NCBI GenBank assembly: GCA_013265495.1 | Contig: MU058815.1 | Location: 566,523-630,522, forward strand | Direction: 5' to 3' | From: Vicugna vicugna | Taxonomy: Eukaryota | Length of the DNA: 64,000 bases | Part shown: piece by piece, positions 36,301-51,200 of the stretch | Layout: each line of letters opens with the position of its first letter | Numbering within the stretch: position 1 is the first letter of the stretch | Notes under the pieces: generated by a model | What the model saw: the letters and a program-made list of their open reading frames with translations, nothing else | Databases searched by the model: none | Told to the model about the DNA's origin: nothing | Position numbers and translations under genes: made by a program

Positions 36301-39300
36301 TCATCAGTAACATTGATACATGACTGTCATCTAGTCCTCAGACCCCTTCAAGATTCATCAACTGTCCCCATGTGACCATTATAGCAAAACAACACAGTAT
36401 GGGAATGCAAAACAGTACAGCCACTTTGGAACACAGTTTAGCGATTTCCCACACAGCTGGCAATCATGCACCTTGATATTTACCCAAATGAAATGAAAAC
36501 TGATCTCCACACAAAATTCTGTACATGTATAGCAACTTTATTCATAATTGCCAAAACTTGGGCGCAACCAAGATGTCCTTCAGTAGATGAATGGATAAAT
36601 AAACTGCGGTACAACATCGGGACAATGGAGTATTACTCAGTGATAAAAAGAAATGAGTGGTGAAGACATGAAAAGACACTGGGGAGTCTCAAACGCATAT
36701 CGCTAAGTGATTGACGCCAATCTGAAAGGGCTGTGTATTATGTAATACTTTACCCCCCGCAACATTTGTGAGCACCCAGTTCTTTCCATTTCAAAACATA
36801 TTTTCTATTGTTTCCTAGGAAAGAAAAATTGTATTTCATATAGACAGCTAAATTTTGTGATTTTGAAGTCTAATTTAAAAATGTCACCTAAATTACCCGA
36901 GCATATTTTTAGATTATTAGTGTTCGCAAAACCTTACTGAACCCTTTGTAATTAATTTTAATATATTTCTACATACTTATGGTCATAAATCCTTTCTACA
37001 TTTATAAGACAAGTAGTCCAAAAATATTTTGATGATTCTAATCACATACCTACTCATTAAAAGTATTCCTCAAATATGTTCATGATTAATGTTCTTCTTT
37101 TAATGTAGTCTGCATGTGATGACACACATTTTAAAATAGCCAAGTTGAAATAAAGTATATGAACTCTACATGTATTTTGTTTGTAGAAATGGAAGGCTTA
37201 TATTTAAATTACTTAAAGTGTATGTTCAGCACTGTGAGAATTTCAGCTTTCCTGTGTTTTTGTCTACTTGAGAAGTAATTTAATTCTTACAATTTTGGTG
37301 ATATGGACTGCTTGCCTACATTTATTTTTATCTCCTTGATTCAGATTACAGATTCTGCTCACCTTCCAGTTCACACCCCAACAATAAAGAGAAGAGACTG
37401 TCACAATAGAACCCTCTTTCCAACAAAGGTACTTGATTAAGTTCCAAACTTAGCAGGTCCTTGAAAACCGAGAATAGGTTGGTTTTCACCTTCAACCCAC
37501 CCCTCCCTCCCTTCTTCCCTCCTTTCCTTCCTTCCTTCCTTGCTTGTCTCTTGGAGACTTCTGGTTAAACATAGCAGACTCAAAAAATGCATACTTTCTA
37601 ATGAAATCCTCTAAACCGATAAAAAGAAAAGTAAGTCCACATAATTTTGGAAGGTGGAAGAGGCTGAGTGAGGGATTAGGAGGACTGGGGAATCTGGATG
37701 TCAAGTGCTTAGAGAGGGCTTGCCAAAAAGCCACAAAACACTTAGCATCTCAGAAGCCTACAAGGATTCGAGGTCTAGCAACACCAAGTCCTTCCGGAGG
37801 CAGGGGTGATGTGCAGTGCGGAAAACAGGGGAGTAAAACGCACAGCACCCACAGCAGGGACTGCGGTCTGTCCGTTTTACAGATGAGGAAACAGAGACAC
37901 GAAGAAGGGGAGAAAATTTACCAACTTTTATTTGGAAGAACCAGATTTTGTTACAGTTTACATATCGCTCATTTATGACGACAGTAATTTCAGGTCAGAG
38001 GGGCGTGGTACAGAAATAGAAAACCCGTAGTGGATTGCCCACTTGTTGACAATTCTGGGAAGACACCTGGAGTTTTAGCTGTCAGGGTTCCAGTTAGAAA
38101 TTTCAGGGTGCCTTCTGTCTCGAAGGTACAATGCAGCCTGCTTCACAGGAGTGTTCCAGTCCCTGGGGAACAGGATTTTTTTTATTGATAGTAGGAAGTG
38201 AAACACATCATGTGCTCTAGAAAGCACATTTTGAAATTATTCTTTCTTTCTAAAGAAGGGATAGAAACTGTATTATTTTTGTTACCCCTCTTCAATAAAA
38301 ATATGTAACACAGGCAATTCTGACTCCATTCGTTGTTAAGAAATCACTTGAAGAATTTATCAACCTACAATATTTTAATGTCAGGGTATATCAGCCCATA
38401 TAAAGCCCAGGCTTTATTTATTTGGTTCCAAATAGTATTAATGAACATTTGATCACCTCCAAGTAATTCTCCTCCTTCTCCTCCCCGTTCTCTTCTTGGT
38501 AATTTTGGGATCACTTAATCAGTATTTTCCAGTTAGGAAGTGATTAGAGGCAAGCACTCTAAGTGCTGGTGAGAAAGGAGGGAGCTGCTTTTCTTGTATA
38601 TAAAATGGTATTTTGGGCAGGGTGGGTTGAAGGAATCACCAGAATCACCTTTCCAATGGTATTTATTTGTTTGCTTTTTGAAGTACAGTCGGTTACAATG
38701 TGTCCGTTTCTGGTGCACAGCACAGTGTCCCAGCCATGCATGCATAGACATATATTTGCTTTCATATTCTTTTTCGTTAAAGGTTATCACAAGATTTTGA
38801 ATATAGTTCCCTGTGCTATAGAGAAGGATTTTTTTAAACCTGTTTTTATATTCAGTGGCTAACATTTGCAAATCTCAAACTCCCCCGTTTCTCCTCTCTC
38901 ATCCCCTTTCCCACAGTTATCGGAGAATCGTTTACTGCATGTATGAGTGTTATTTACCATCAACACATGTTTGGTCTCTTTGTTTTGTAGAATAAGACCC
39001 ACCGGTTTTTCCTCACATCCTTTACGGCCCCTACCAAGTGCCACCAGTGCACGTCTCTGATGGTGGGTTTGGTAAGACAGGGCTGCTCCTGTGACGGTAA
39101 GACCCGAGGAGGGGCTGTGTGCGCTTGGAGCCGTGGCTCCCGCACCTAAGTGTTCTCACTCAGCTCGGTGCTTTAGGCAGCTGCTAGAAACCAGGCACGT
39201 AAGCTGGGTGGCTTCTAGACACAGACCTACGTTCCTCACGGGCTGGGGGTCTGAGATCTGGGCGCCCGTCCGGCTGGGTTCTGGAGCCCCCCCTTCAGGT

Positions 39301-42300
39301 CGCACCTGGCGGAAGGGGGAGGGGCAGGGAGCTCCAAGGGGTCTCTTTTCTAAGGGTGCTAATCCCAGTCACGAGGGCTCCACCCTCAGGACCTAATCCC
39401 CTCCCAGGGGCCTCACCTTCTCGTACCATCACATGGTGGGGCGGGGCGGGGCGCGGGAGTTAGGGTTGCAAAATACCAGTTTTGAGGGAATCCAAACATC
39501 CAGCCCATTGCACTAAATGACTAAGCAGAAATTGCACTTCTGTGAACTATAGAAGCATCACGGTGTCCTGATCACTTCACTAAAAAGTCTCTCTGAATGT
39601 GTTTCATATCAGAAAGACTGGACCTGTAGTTGTGGGTAGCCTTTGGGGGATCTCTGCACTGGGCAACTCCGGAGGGCCTCATGCCCTCGCAGCCTGTGTG
39701 AGCAGCGCCCCCGGGAGGTGTGCTGTGTAGCCTGCAGGTAGGGCCCCACTCCCTGGGAAAATGTATTTAGATACATTTTGTTCTCTGTGGCACTGGGAGA
39801 GTTTGAGGACCACATCCACTGGCCCATGTGACAGGAAAATGGAATGCTGTCCTTTGTCATCCTTTTACTTGACTCATTTAATTTACTACGGTGAATATTG
39901 CTGAAGGAAAGCACTATATTTTTGCAAATGTCGAACAGTGGATCCCTGTGCCGCACAGACACCTCGTTCCTCACCCGAGGGAGCCGATTCTGCACGTGTT
40001 GGTTTCCTCAACGAGTCCTGTCAAGTGCTCACTCTGGGACGTACAGCGCCGAGCAGGACAACTGTCCTGCACTCAGCACTGTGACAGTCAGAGGCGCCTT
40101 GACTGTGAACACATCCTAAAACATTGAACAAAATGGGATCTAAAATGAGGAGTCATGCGCTCATGCACTCCTCCGAGGGCAGCGGAGCCAGGTTCTGAGC
40201 TGAACTCACGGGAGCATCTCTCAGCCTCTGCTGAGCCTGGGACGGCTGCTGCCCCTGCTGGTGCAAAAAGATGCCCATGGCCACCACCGCTGCAGCCCCC
40301 AGAACCTGCAACTTCTGCCAGGGCCAGGAAGGACCCTGCTGCTGCAGAACTGAGAAAGCGCCCATCAAATCTGGAAGCCACCACTGCAGCCGGGACTTCA
40401 CGCTCCCTCTGTCAAGACCCAGCCAGTAAGATGGCTGTGGTGCCTCCTGCACCTCCCGGCATGACCCAGCTCAGCGTCTCATAGAAAGCCGTCTTCTGAG
40501 TGGAGCTTCTAAGGTCCAAAACCTAGTTCCAAGGGAGTCCAGGAAATGTAGATGTTAGCATTTTGGCCTCTACAAGAGTAGACGGAATGGCAGTGGGAGT
40601 CGAGGGACTCAGACCATTGTATCCTCACGGTTTTCTCTCTTTCATTTCCTCCAAAAAGTATGTGGGTTTTCATGTCACACAACCTGTGTGGAAAAAGCTC
40701 CAAGAGCTTGTCCAGTGCCTTTGCATCAGAAGAGAGGCACCTTCTGTCTAGACCCACAGAAAGGCATGGGAACAGCCTATGAAGGCCACGTCTGGGTAAG
40801 TGCCACTGTTTTGGGCTCAGATGAATCTTTTCAAAATGTGTGCACAACATTTGTCAGAAAGATTTATGCTATGTTGTACAGTAATAATTATATACAATTG
40901 AAAATATTTCTTCCATCCTAAGAAGATGATTTCAGAGCAAAGTTTAGCTGTCCCCAAGAGGATATTTCCACACGTCCCAAAGTTTTCTGTTTAGACCCCA
41001 CCTTGCGATGGACAATGGCTGAAATCCCTATTAGTGATGTACCTTTGACTTCCAGCCAGCAGTCATAAATTATGAGACTGGGGTGAAAGAATCTTACTGA
41101 GAAATACTCAAAATCTGAGTTGAATCTGAGGCTACCAAATTTGAGTTTAATGTTACGTCGCAGCAACGCTGTGACTGTGAATGAACTGCTAGTGTTCAGT
41201 GAAATGGTATTAATCTTCTTTTCACAACACAAGAATCATCCAGTCCTCAGAGGGATTGCCTTTGTTTTAAAAATTTCATTCATGCAATCTAGTTCTGTTC
41301 CCACCTTTAACAAGGAAAAGTGGCAGATTTATAACATAGTATAATTATTTGAGTTTTATATGTAATCATTGCATAGTATTTGATGTTTCGACTTGGATTG
41401 CCTTTGTTTGTTTTTTTGCAAACTAAAAACTAAAGATCCCAAAGAAAGCAGGGATGAAAAAAGGATGGCAGAGGGCATTGGCTATAGTTTGTGACTTCAA
41501 ACTCTTCCTGTATCATGTGGATGAAGAAAAAGACTCAAAACCCAATGTTGTAGCAAGTCATGTGATTGACTTAAGGTAAGCTTTGAAAGGGAGAATATTA
41601 TTTTATCCAAAAAAAAATTGGGAATAAAAAAGCTGTCTGATATTTTCTTTAAATAGCGTTGTCATTTAACTTTATGTTAAGTTCATAATTTTCTGCACTG
41701 CCAAGCCCCTGTAGATATCTCAGTTTCTGTCTTTTCCTTCTGACATTTTTGGTTGATCTATTTTTGCCAACTGTTAAACACCTCTTCGGCAGCTGTGCAG
41801 TTAAAATGCTTGTACTTAATTGTTTTGTGTAAGTGCTCCTTAAGTGAATTTCCGGGAAGTGAATTTTCACTGGGAGTGCCCTAGCTCTGCACAGATCTAC
41901 AGAGGATCTGGCTCAAGGATTCAGCGGATCACTGATCAGCACATGCATGTGAGGAAGACTACGAAATGTGAGCAAAAAGAACCCGATATTATGTAAAAAT
42001 TATACGGCATCTGGAGCCAGTGTGGTGTGTGTTGGGAAGGCTGGTTTAACGTTCAAAAGTCAATGTATTTTACCATATCAATAAATGAAAAAGATCCTGT
42101 CAGTAGATACAGTAAACACATTTGGCAAAATCAGGTATTTATTCTTGATACACACTTAGAAGAAAGCGTCCTCATCCTGATGAAGGGCGTCTGTGAAAAC
42201 CCCACAGCAAACCTCATAATTAGTGGCAAAAGACTCAGTGCTTTCTCACTAAGATCAGGAACAAGACAATGATGTTTGGTCTCACCACGCTTATTCAACA

Positions 42301-45300
42301 TTGTACTGGAGATCCAGGACAGGGAAGAGAAAGAAATAAAATACATCCTGGTTGTAAAGAAGGAAGCAAAATTATTCATAGACAGAATGAACATCTGTGT
42401 AGAAGTATCTGTGCAATCTACAGAAAAAGCTGTCAGAACGAATAAATGAATTCAGTAAATTTGCAAGATACTTGATCAACAGATACGAAAGGCTAAAATT
42501 AAAAAGACTGTTTCAAATGTTGGCAGCAGATGGAGGACCTGGATCTCTCAAACATTGCTTTGTAAGTCATTTAACCACTTTGGATGAAAGCTTGGCGGTT
42601 TCCTAAAAAGTTAACCACACACCTAATGTATGATCTAGTCATTCTAGTCCTAGTATTTCCCCCAAAGAAAGCGTATGTCCATACAGACGTGCATGAACAT
42701 TCATAGCAGAGCCCCAAACTTGAAACAACCCCAATGTCCATTCGGGCAAATGGATACATTGTGGCTGTGAGATGTTGCTCGTCAATAAAAAGAAATGAAG
42801 TTTTCATCCGTGTGGCAACACATACGGACCTCATTATTATTATGCTGAGAAAAAGCCAGACAAAAAGAGCACATATTGTCTGTTTCCATTTCTAGAAAAT
42901 ACTGGAAAATGCAAACGAATCTGGAGTGACAGGAAGCAGATCAGTGTGGGGCAGGAGGGAGGAGTGCCCAGGAGGGAGGGACGGCAGTGCTTACAGAGCT
43001 GTACCAGGGAACTTTTAAGGGTGATGGACTGTTTCATTGTCTCCCCCGTGGTGACGGTTTCACAGGAGCACCCCTAAGTCAGGACTCATCTAATTGTCCA
43101 CTTTAAATATGCATAGCTTATTATGTGTCAAGTATATTTCAGCCATATTTAAAAAATATACAGATGAGCTGACCTGAGGGCACATGGCCCGTATTCTTGT
43201 GGCTTTGGGGTCAGACAGGTGCCTGTATCCCCGTTCCCACGGGAACTGTGAGTCAGGGTTAACCGCGTGGGTTTTCTGATCACGTGCAGCTGGCTGGGTC
43301 CTGCGGCTACAGTGTTTTGATCACTGTCAGTGACTACCGAAAAGAATAAAAATCAGGGAGATTAAAATCGAGGATTATGTTAATGTATCATTTACTCATT
43401 TTCAGGTGATTCTGCTCACGCCCAGTATCTTGTTTTTCCTTCAGGGATGGAGCATTTTCTGTCAGTTCAGTCTGGCCCTCAGATTTTATTCCTGTAAAGA
43501 GAAGAGAAATGCCTCGTATATTTAAAGTAAGCCTGCATGCTTCTGTCGGACCCCTTAAAATGTTTTGTTTCACACGTTCCCTGCCTGTCCACAGGGGTCG
43601 GGGCTCCTTGGGCTGCTGAAGGTCACTGGAGGTTGAGGTTTTAGAAGAGCTGTGGGATCATTTTCCCCTCCCTCCCACTTGCCACAAGAACTCTATCCCC
43701 TTATTCAAAAATACTATAAATAACAGCTTTTTGCATGTGTTACAGTCTTTTCATCCTGCAGTTAAATCGAAGACTTAAAATGCAAATGTTCCTGAGGGTG
43801 TCCTTTCATTCTACACTGAGCTAGCAGGACAGACCTCAGATTCAGAGCTGAAAACACTAGAAGCTTACAAAGTGGGATGGGTGGTGAAAAAGGAGGGGAA
43901 AAAACAGTAACAGGGAAAGAGAGATGACATACGTCCTGGGCAGACGGACACAGCTGACCATTCATGGACCCGCAGTGGCATGAATGTGCCGTTTCTAAAA
44001 CTAGAGGCGTTGGTAAAATAAGTTCCCTCTGAGGCAACATTTTGAAGTCATACTTCCGATTCAAACCAAGAATACAAAGTGGAAAAGTCGGGGAAGGATG
44101 TAGTGTTGCAATCTCTTAAAAAAAAAAGGGCTAAAATAAAATTAAAGCGATTCTGGAATGTCACGTAAAGAAAGAGACAGAGAAAGCGAAAGACTGCTGT
44201 CCTCTTGTGAACCCATGTGGTTACAGTCAGGCTGTGAGTCTTGTATGTTAACAAAGGCCAGAAAGGAGGATACTCAGTTCCTTAGTCACGGATATACGTC
44301 TATTTAGAACCCACCCAACCGCCGAGAGAGCTTACAAAGACCTGGCCATCAGAACTGCGACTTACAGAGTGGGAATTCATTATGTCACTGCTCCTCACTT
44401 GGTGTTCCCCACAAAGACAGTTTTCTCTATCAATTTAGAGTTCTCCTAGCCTGATTATATAGTTTTAAATTGAAATTTGATTTGTCATTTACTAGTAGTG
44501 ATGTAAGTTACAAGCATGCAGCAGACAGGAAATCATAGGTATTTCTGAATATTTCTAACTTAAAAACAAAAAAAAACTCCTGAGCGTTTTCATTGTACCA
44601 CAGTTGATTATGTTGATTGCAACGGCAAAACACATTGCCGATTCAGACATGTCTCAAGGTACAAAGCTGTGTGTTAGAGCTGAGCGGCTCAGAGTGGAGG
44701 CTGTGGTATCAGATCGCCTGCACTCTACCCCCCTGTGCCCCCGTCTTCTCACTGATAAAATGAAGGGAATGAATGGTATCTACCTACCCACTGGGGTTTC
44801 TGTGAGGACTCAATCCATTAACACACATGCAAATTTCTTAGAGCCATTCCCGGTACAGCGTCAGCTCTCAGGATACAGTCCATAAAGAGTCAGCATTCAA
44901 CAAATGGTAACTGTTTTCATTTGATGAAGTCTAAGATTTTAGGTTGTCGGGGAACACTGGTATTTTTATGAGGCTCAAAGTGGAGGTGATTCTGACATTT
45001 TGCTTTTGGCTGGGGTCCCACGTTCCTCCCATCATTTATTCTAGGAACCAGGAAGAGGGTGATATTCTTGGAAGTGTCATTTACTAGTGGTGAGTTTCAT
45101 GAGAACTGCTAAACAGGCTGGCATAAAGCGTGTTTGCTTTCTTATAACCTGGCTCTTCCTTAAATGGTTCTAGGTCACAGCTTCCCAGCTCTCCACGCCT
45201 AGTGACAGATATTCAGTCCTGATATTAGCAGACAGCGAGAATGAGAAGAGTGAGTGGGTGGGAGTGCTGAGTGAGCTGCACGAGGTGCTGAGGAAAAGCC

Positions 45301-46622
45301 ATCCCCGAGACCGCTCAGTCTATGCTCCGAAAGAGGCTTGTGACCGCCATCTGCCCCTGATCAAAACCACCCAGACAGCTGCAATCATAGGTACGGATTT
45401 GCAGCATTTATCCCGCTAGGTTTGCACCCCTCCCCACAGCCCCACGTCGGAATTTGAAACGCTTAACTTTATTCACAACTCACTTGTCAGCAAAACCTGA
45501 TGGAATGAGGCCATCAGCGGTGGGGGTGGGGGGGTGGTCCTTCCCCCTCCATCCCATGGCTACTTGTAGGATTCTCTGCAAAAGTGCATTTGATTATATG
45601 ATGGTTCCCAGGCCCTGCCTAAAAGGGTGTTTCTTTCAAGAAAGATACAGTCGTATCTTTCTTGTGTGAAAAATTCTGAGTTCCCAAACACATCTGGCCC
45701 CAAACATAAAGATCATGGCCATGAATGTGACTATGAACCGTCTACCTGGGGGGCAGAGACTTGCATATGCCCCCGCCCAGTACTCAGTAAATAAGCAAAA
45801 AAACAAGCGAATCAGTGAATGAATTGCTAAGGTCAATGTTGAACATTGTAGCAATAAACAAGAGCAGTTGGATTTCTCAAACAGCATTTCTTTTGCATCA
45901 GATAATGGTGACAGTGAGGGCCGCTTAGCTATTTACTCCTGGGTGACATGGAGCTGGTTACTAAACTTCATGTATTAAATGCAGATAATCCCAGTTTTTC
46001 AGTCGTGGCGATGATTTGAGCTAATACACGTAGTCCTGTGCTTTGTACTCAGAACCTTCACTCAGTAAATGCTCCCTTTGCACTTAAAGTTTTCGCTCTC
46101 CCTATGTTCTGACACCTCCCAACCCTGTGCTGTGACAGCTCAGGCCAAGGTCACCGATAAATTCATTTAGGAACGTTTTTCATTCATGAAACATCACTTA
46201 TTAATAGCAAATTTGAAAGTATATTGTTACTTGAATATTATACTTTTTTTGAGTGTCCATAAAGATTACTTTATTATGATCTTTCTAATTGAGAGAAATA
46301 ATGTTTTGTTATGCTTACTTCTGTAATCTGAGAGAAAAATCGTAGCGCAAATTAATTATTCTTATTATGTTTCTTTTCACTGTAATGTTGCTATGTATGT
46401 ATTCAGTTTGTCTTCTAAAGGTTTTTAACATCGATAAATTTGTCCAGTGTATCCTATTAACTTCACTTAATGCTTGCCCCCCAAAATCCTTGACATTTTT
46501 ATCTATGTGTCAAATATAGATCACAAAAGAATCGCTCTGGGAAATGAAGAAGGGCTGTTTGTTGTCCACGTTACCATCGACGGTAAGGAGAGTCTTTACT
46601 GACCTGGAATAACTTGGAACTC

Positions 46623-46672
<50 letters not shown>

Positions 46673-48224
46673 GTATCAGATTTTTTTCCTTTTTTCCTGT
46701 AAAAGAAATTTTCCACGTCTGGTTTGATGTGCATTCGAGTCAAATGATGACTTTCGTGCTTTCAGGGATCTATAACCCGACCAGAGTCTGCATTAGCTTC
46801 ACAAGTGATTTCATATCACACGTGCACTGTGAGGTCTTAGTTTATGGTCTTCACGTTGGTGCATGAAAGACAACACATTTCTGCTTGATTCCCCTTCTCG
46901 CCATTAGTAAGCTGACACCACAAATAGGGACGCCAGGAACTGGCTATTTCCGAGAGAAGACAGCAGAGTTCTTGGCTTGTGTTTTGTTTATTTTTGTTCG
47001 GATGTCATGGTTGTTGGAGGGAGAAATGGGGTGGAGATGAAATGAAGAGGAGGCATACTAATATAGATGTTTTTCTCTTGGACGTCTGGCATTCTAATGT
47101 ACGTGAGATAAAAAAGAACGTGCATTTGAAGGACATTAGCTGTGGTCTCCATTGAAGGCTTCCCATGCTGTGTGGGTGACCCAGTCCTGGTGAGGAGGCC
47201 CATGGAAGGTCCACAGGGGCCAGCATGAGAGCAGGGACTTGTCTCTTTTGTTCAGCGTTTAACCAGTGCCTGGCACATAGTAGTCACTCAACAAACATTT
47301 GTGTAAAAAAGAGGTCATTTTATTGCCAGAAAAAAATAGGACTTTTTTCCTAAAAGAAGTAATATGTTTCCATTTGTCAGACATTGAGAGATCTGGAATC
47401 TTGCTCTCTGGAATCTTAGGACTAAGTTTAGTGCTTTATTACACTAATGTTATTATTAAGGTAATTATATTATCTCTGGAATAAGTACCTGTTTTAAAAT
47501 CCATGTGATTTTTGATCTCTTATCCTTCTCTTCGTATCTTTTTTTATCCTTCTCAGACCTACCCTTTGAGGTTATGTCTGTGATTTTATTAGAACCGGAC
47601 TTAAATCTATTGGAGTAATAATTGGAAAGAATTTAAAAATAGGAAAACATTTTTCTGTACAGCAAAGGAAACCATCAATGAAATGAAATGCTAGTCTACT
47701 GAATGGGGGAAAATGTGTGCAAATCATGTATCTGATAAGGGGTTACTTTCCAAAATATCTAAAGAACTAAGCAATCTGATTAAAAAGTGGGCAGAGGATC
47801 TGAATAGACATTTTGCCAAAGAAGACATACAGGTGGCCAACAGGTACAGGAAAAAGTGCGCAGCATCGCCAGGGAAATGCAAATCCAAACCACGATAAGA
47901 TGTCACCTCACACCTGTTAGAATGGCTGTTATCCAAAAGCCGAGAAATAACAAATGTTGGTGAGGGCGTGGAGAAGAGCGAACCCTCGCGCACTGTTGGT
48001 GGGAATGTATATTGGAGCAGCCAGGTGGAAAACAGTATGGAAGTTCCTCAAAAAGTTAAAAATAGGAACTACCATATGATCCAGCAAGTCCACTTCTGGA
48101 GTTTTACTCTGAAAAAACACTAGCTGGGAAAGATACCTGCACCCTCATGTTCATTGCAGTATTATTTGTAACAGTAAAGGTATGGAAACAACCTACGTGT
48201 CTACTGATGGATGAATAGATAAAG

Positions 48225-48261
<37 letters not shown>

Positions 48262-51200
48262 GATATTAGTCAGCCATGAAAAGAATGAAATCTTTCCACT
48301 TGGGACAAAACAGACCTTGAGGGTGTTAAACTAAGTGAAATAAATCAGACAGAGAAAGACAAATACCATATGATCTCACTAATATGTGGAATCTAAACAA
48401 ACAGGTTCATGGATTCAGAGAATAGATTGGTGGCTGTCAGAGGTAGGGGTAGTGGGCAAAATGGGTGAAGGGGTTTAAAAGGTACAAACTTCCAGTTAAA
48501 AAAATAAAAGAATCCTGGGTATGTAACCTACAGCAAGGTGACTATAGTTAATAATACTATATCTCATATTTGAAATTTGCCAAGAGAGTAGATATTAAAA
48601 TTTTTTATTACAAGAAAAAAAATTGTAGTTATGTCTGGTGTTGGATGTTAACTAGATTTATTGAGGTGACCATGTGGCAATATATACAAATATTGGATCC
48701 TTATGTTGTACATCTGAAACTAGTATATTGTTATATGTCAATTATACCTCAATAAGGACATTTTAAAAAGTAAGGAAACATTGCTAATTTGAAGTTGACT
48801 TGCCATCTTATTTGTAGAGAAATTACTCAAGTTAATGACATTAAAATTTATCAGATCATTTTTATTGGGACCTTTTTTTTTTAAACTTTTTTTTATTGAG
48901 TTATAGTCATTTTACAATGTTGTGTCAAATTCCAGTGTAGAGCACAGTTTTTCAGTTATGCATGAACATACATATTGAACATATATACATCGTCACATTT
49001 TTTTCACTGCGGGCTACCAGAAGATCTTGTATACGTTTCCCTGTGCTACACAGTATAATCCTGCTTATCTGTTCTACATTTTGAAATCTCAGTCTGTATT
49101 GGGATCTTTCTTAATTGCTTTTGGGTAAAACTTGGAGAACGGCTGAATTAAATAAGTAGAAATTATTTTGGATTGGACAGCTACTTACAAATCTGTTCAT
49201 TTGTGTAGAAATTGTTCGAGTGGGTGACATGAAGAAGATTCATCAGATTGAGCTCATCCCCCATGGCCAGATGGTTGCAGTGATCTCGGGGCGAAGTCGC
49301 CACGTGCGCCTGTTTCCCATGTCAGCTCTGGATGGACAAAAGACTGATGTTCACAAACTGGCAGAAACCAGAGGGTGCCAGACCATGGCTTCCGGAACAG
49401 TGTGCCAGGGGGCTCAGACGTGCCTCTGTGTAGCTAGGAAAAGCCAAGTCTTCTGCTATGAGCTGTTTCAGAGCCAGAAAATGTCTCACAGGAAATTCAG
49501 AGAGCTCCAGACCCCAGCCAACGTCCAGTGGATGGCCGTCTGCAGCGAGCAGCTGTGTGTGGGATTCCAGTCGGGGTTCCTGAGATACCCCTTGAGGAGA
49601 GAAGGAGCTCCGTGTAGGATGCTGCACGCGCACGACCTGACACTGTCGTTCATTGCGCATCAGCCGGTGGATGCTCTCTGTGCCATTGAGATCTCTAGTA
49701 TTGAGTATCTGTTATGTTTTAAGAGCATTGGAATTTACACGGACAGCAGGGGCCTCAGATCTAGGCCAGCTGAGCTGATGTGGCCAGCAGTTCCAACCTA
49801 CTGCTGTAAGGCCACCTTGCAATCTCTTTCCTTGTCTCTCTCTCTTTCCAGCCTTGTTATTGCAGTTCTATACCCTATGGCCAAATATTGTTAATGATAG
49901 GTTCTGTAAAGGTCTTCAATTTATTTATTATTGTATTACTTGTTTTATCTTGGCAGTGGTGGGGAGGTAATTAGGCGTGTTTAATTTTTGGAGAATTGAA
50001 CCCAGGACCTTGTGCGTGACAAGCATGTGCTCTACCATTTGAGCTGTACCCTCCCCCTCTAATGATAGGTTTCATGTACTTAATTCTTTCTTTCTTTTTT
50101 TTTTTTTTTTGTGGGAGGAGGTGATTAGGTTTACTTATCTATTTAAATTTTTTTTAATGGAGGTACTGGGGGTTGAACCCAGGACCTCGTGCATACTAGG
50201 CATGCACTCTGCCAGTGAGCTGTACCCTCCCCCATGATGGGTTTTAGTTTTGAAAACAGCATTGCTGAATATGCTTCCTAAGTTGTCTCTGCCTTTTAAG
50301 GTGAATAGCTCTAAAGAAGTTATATCTAAGTCTATGTGAAATACCTTAGCCTTTAAGTTTTTACTATATCCGTTGGATAATTTACCTTGACTATATTCTC
50401 AAAGTTGTTATCTTTTGCAAGCTCCTAAAAAGGTGTCTTCATGATCAATGAAAATCACAGAGGCATTCATTAACCATAAGGAACAGCTACTAAGTAAATT
50501 ACTTTTTACCTTATACGTATAATGCTCCTAGATCACTTGAACCCATTTGATGTTTTATTGTTACAGGCCATCATTTTATAAGTTAAATATAGCCTTTTAA
50601 AAATTCAATTAAAGAATAGTCATTGAGCACTTAACGTGAGGCGTTTACCATGATAAAGGATAAGGGTGCAATATTAAACACGGTAAGATGGACATGGTCT
50701 GTGTCATCATGGAGATCACAATCGTGACAGGAGAGCAGTAATTAAGCAGGTGTTGTGACCCAGGAATTCAGCATTGTGCAGAAGCACAGAAGAGGGGCGC
50801 GTGGTCTAAACTGGGGGTGTCAGGGAAGGCTGGCTTAAAAAAGAGGAGAGGAGTTTCTTTTTCTTTTGACACTTTAAATATGTCATTCTTTGGTCTTCTG
50901 ACTCCCACTGTTTCTGATGAGAAATCAACTGTTTTTACTGTCGTCCTTCATGTCTTTTCTGTTTGGCAGCCTTCACGATCTTCTCATTGTCTTTGGTTTT
51001 CAGCAATTTGACAATCATGTGTTCACTTTGTGTATATTCTGCTAAGGGTTTTCAAACCTTTCTGGATTTGAAGATTGATACCTCATTCGTTTTGGAAGCA
51101 CTTTTGGCATTATCTTTTCTTAAAAAAAAACCCTTATTTTCTCTTTTCTGGAGATTCAATTACATGTATGTTAGGCCTCTTGAATTCCTTCCACAAATTG

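Noticed and set aside
40088..40484. Overlapping ~100-aa ORFs in the intron splitting the C1 domain
   Set aside because: Low-complexity GC-rich sequence with no family match; more likely an old LTR remnant.
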